A stretch of 64,000 bases of DNA from Candidatus Latescibacterota bacterium. GTDB taxonomy: Bacteria > Latescibacterota > UBA2968 > UBA8231. Below the pieces are notes generated by a model. That model did not search any database, was not told the DNA's origin, and saw only the letters and a program-made list of their open reading frames with translations. Within the stretch, counting starts at the first letter, position 1; each line of letters opens with the position of its first letter. Below are positions 62,498 through 64,000 of this stretch, one piece after another. A program made the position numbers and the translations under genes. The stretch spans positions 512,001 to 576,000 of the forward strand of contig CBDCXV010000001.1 of assembly GCA_965223905.1 (NCBI GenBank), given 5' to 3'.

Positions 62498-64000
62498 TCA
62501 CTCGTAGCGCAGACTGTCGGCCGGCGACCTCAGCGCCGCTCCGGCCGATTGCAAAGCGACCAGTAGCAGGGTCAGTGTCATTACAACACCTGTGGCGAGA
62601 AGAAAAACCCACGGAGCCGGCTCGATTCGATAGGCGAAGCCCTCGAGCCAGCTCTGCAACGCCATGTAGCTCAGCGGCCAGCTGACGGCGCTTGCCAAGC
62701 CGAGAAGAACCGTCGATTCCGCCGCCATCAGCTTCACGACCTGAGCGGCCGTTGCCCCCAGCACCTTGCGGATCCCGATCTCCCTGGTGCGCCGCGCCAC
62801 CGTCATGGTCACCTGCCCCAACAGACCCAGACAGGTGATCACAACCACGAATGCCGCCGAAAGACTGACAATTTTCGTCCAACGCACCTCTTCCCTGTAC
62901 TGCGCTTCCAGGTTTGCATCGAGGAAAGACCATTCGAACGGATCTTCGGAAACCACGCTGCTCCAGGCCTCCTCGAGTTCGCGCAGCACACGCTTTACGG
63001 TCCCGGGTTGGATGCGCACGAACACATGGTACAAGCCGTGATAGGCCGGGTTCTGGGTCAGGAAGAGCGGTTGAATGTCCCGGTGCAGCGGGTCGAAATG
63101 GAAGTCTTTCACAACTCCGATCACGGTCGGTTGCGGCGCTTCGTTGACTTTCGAGACCGGCAGGGTGCGGCCTAAGGGATCCGACCATCCCAGGAGGTTC
63201 CCCAAGCGTTCATTGATGATGGCCATTCCCTCGGCGTCCGCTGCGTGCTCTGCGTCGAAGTTCCTTCCTGAGACCAGTTCCATCCCGAGCGTGGGCAAGT
63301 AGCCCGGGTCCACGCGGACAACTCTGACATGTTGAGTTGTGCCCCCATCTGCGTTCTCCAGCCCGATCGATTGGCTCCCGCTGGTGAAAGAGCGGTCACT
63401 CGCCCCTGTGCTCACTACGGAACCCAGCCCGTTGGCCGCAACCTGGAAACGCGTTGCCACATCCTCGTCCGGCACCGGCACGACGACTACGTGTTCGCGG
63501 TCGAAACCCAATTCCCTGGTGCGCAGGAAATCCCACTGGCGCACTACCATCACCGAGCTGGCTGTCAGCCCGACAGCCAAGCCGTACTGGAGCACCAGCA
63601 TGCCCTGCATGAAACGCCAACGCCGCGGCCTGCCGTCTTGCCCCTTCAGTACCGCTACTGCTGGAGGCCGGGACAGCACCATCGCCGGATACCACCCGGC
63701 GGCCGCGCCCGTCGCCAGGAGCATCCCCAGCAGGAACGCGGCACCGCGCCAGCCTTCCAGTTGCGACATGGACAGTGGCTTCTCGACCAGCGCTGCGAAG
63801 GCAGGCAACACCATCCCTGCCACAGCCATTCCAAGAACAGCCGCCCCGAATACCAGTACCAGCGCCTCGCCCCAGAACTGTTGTATCAATTGCTTCCGCC
63901 TCGCCCCCATGACCTTGCGGATACCGACTTCCAGCGCACGACCCGCCGACGCGCCGATCGACAGGGTGGTGAAATTGATACACGCCACCACCAGCACCAG
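62498..64000 (-). CDS. ABC transporter permease, MacB/FtsX type (5' part outside the window)
   Basis: ACINF, R..EVGIRKVMGA, LGFDRE.V, VIGVVKDFHF, RTREIGIRKVLGA, WLEGFAYRI, ending SLRYE. Confidence 0.93.
   Translation of the reverse strand: MVLVVACINFTTLSIGASAGRALEVGIRKVMGARRKQLIQQFWGEALVLVFGAAVLGMAVAGMVLPAFAALVEKPLSMSQLEGWRGAAFLLGMLLATGAAAGWYPAMVLSRPPAVAVLKGQDGRPRRWRFMQGMLVLQYGLAVGLTASSVMVVRQWDFLRTRELGFDREHVVVVPVPDEDVATRFQVAANGLGSVVSTGASDRSFTSGSQSIGLENADGGTTQHVRVVRVDPGYLPTLGMELVSGRNFDAEHAADAEGMAIINERLGNLLGWSDPLGRTLPVSKVNEAPQPTVIGVVKDFHFDPLHRDIQPLFLTQNPAYHGLYHVFVRIQPGTVKRVLRELEEAWSSVVSEDPFEWSFLDANLEAQYREEVRWTKIVSLSAAFVVVITCLGLLGQVTMTVARRTREIGIRKVLGATAAQVVKLMAAESTVLLGLASAVSWPLSYMALQSWLEGFAYRIEPAPWVFLLATGVVMTLTLLLVALQSAGAALRSPADSLRYE

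Overview
GC-rich bacterial chromosomal window, mostly housekeeping genes. Gene content points to a diderm of the FCB neighbourhood, possibly a Latescibacterota-like lineage; this is inferred from the long insertion-bearing SecA, mfd-PPIase-surA synteny, PorV/UPF0164-like barrels, a FlgD-Ig-type C-terminal domain and a 'TWGxIK' protein tail. Left to right: stand-alone groEL with a CIRCE box; lipB-icd-moaC; a minus-strand block argF, nrnA, methyltransferase, S4 protein, surA, PPIase, mfd; an AT-richer ECF sigma/anti-sigma/exported-protein cassette; an Ldh_2 dehydrogenase; tRNA-Ala(GGC); and a secreted protein ending STWGRIKAMLAR. Next is a ~13 kb tightly coupled minus-strand run from purC to DUF5683. 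It embeds a candidate envelope/secretion module: a beta-propeller with a FlgD-Ig-type C-terminal domain, two tandem PorV-like barrels, a site-2 protease and two paralogous lipoproteins with SW..L[KR] tails. Further right are GT2, secA, nusB, the rib operon led by an S55 (SpoIVB-like) peptidase/beta-propeller pair, ftsY, queG, rseP-cdsA-uppS, 5-FTHF cyclo-ligase-NIPSNAP-dusB-DUF309, a divergent LysR/ino1 pair, a beta-helix protein and a PhyH dioxygenase. The window ends with a decayed toxin-antitoxin patch, a DUF4097 protein and a partial ABC permease. I saw no CRISPR array, rRNA, integrase or transposase. The best candidates for an undescribed system are the PorV-like module with its shared C-terminal W-motif and the S55/propeller pair; both are hypotheses needing database searches.
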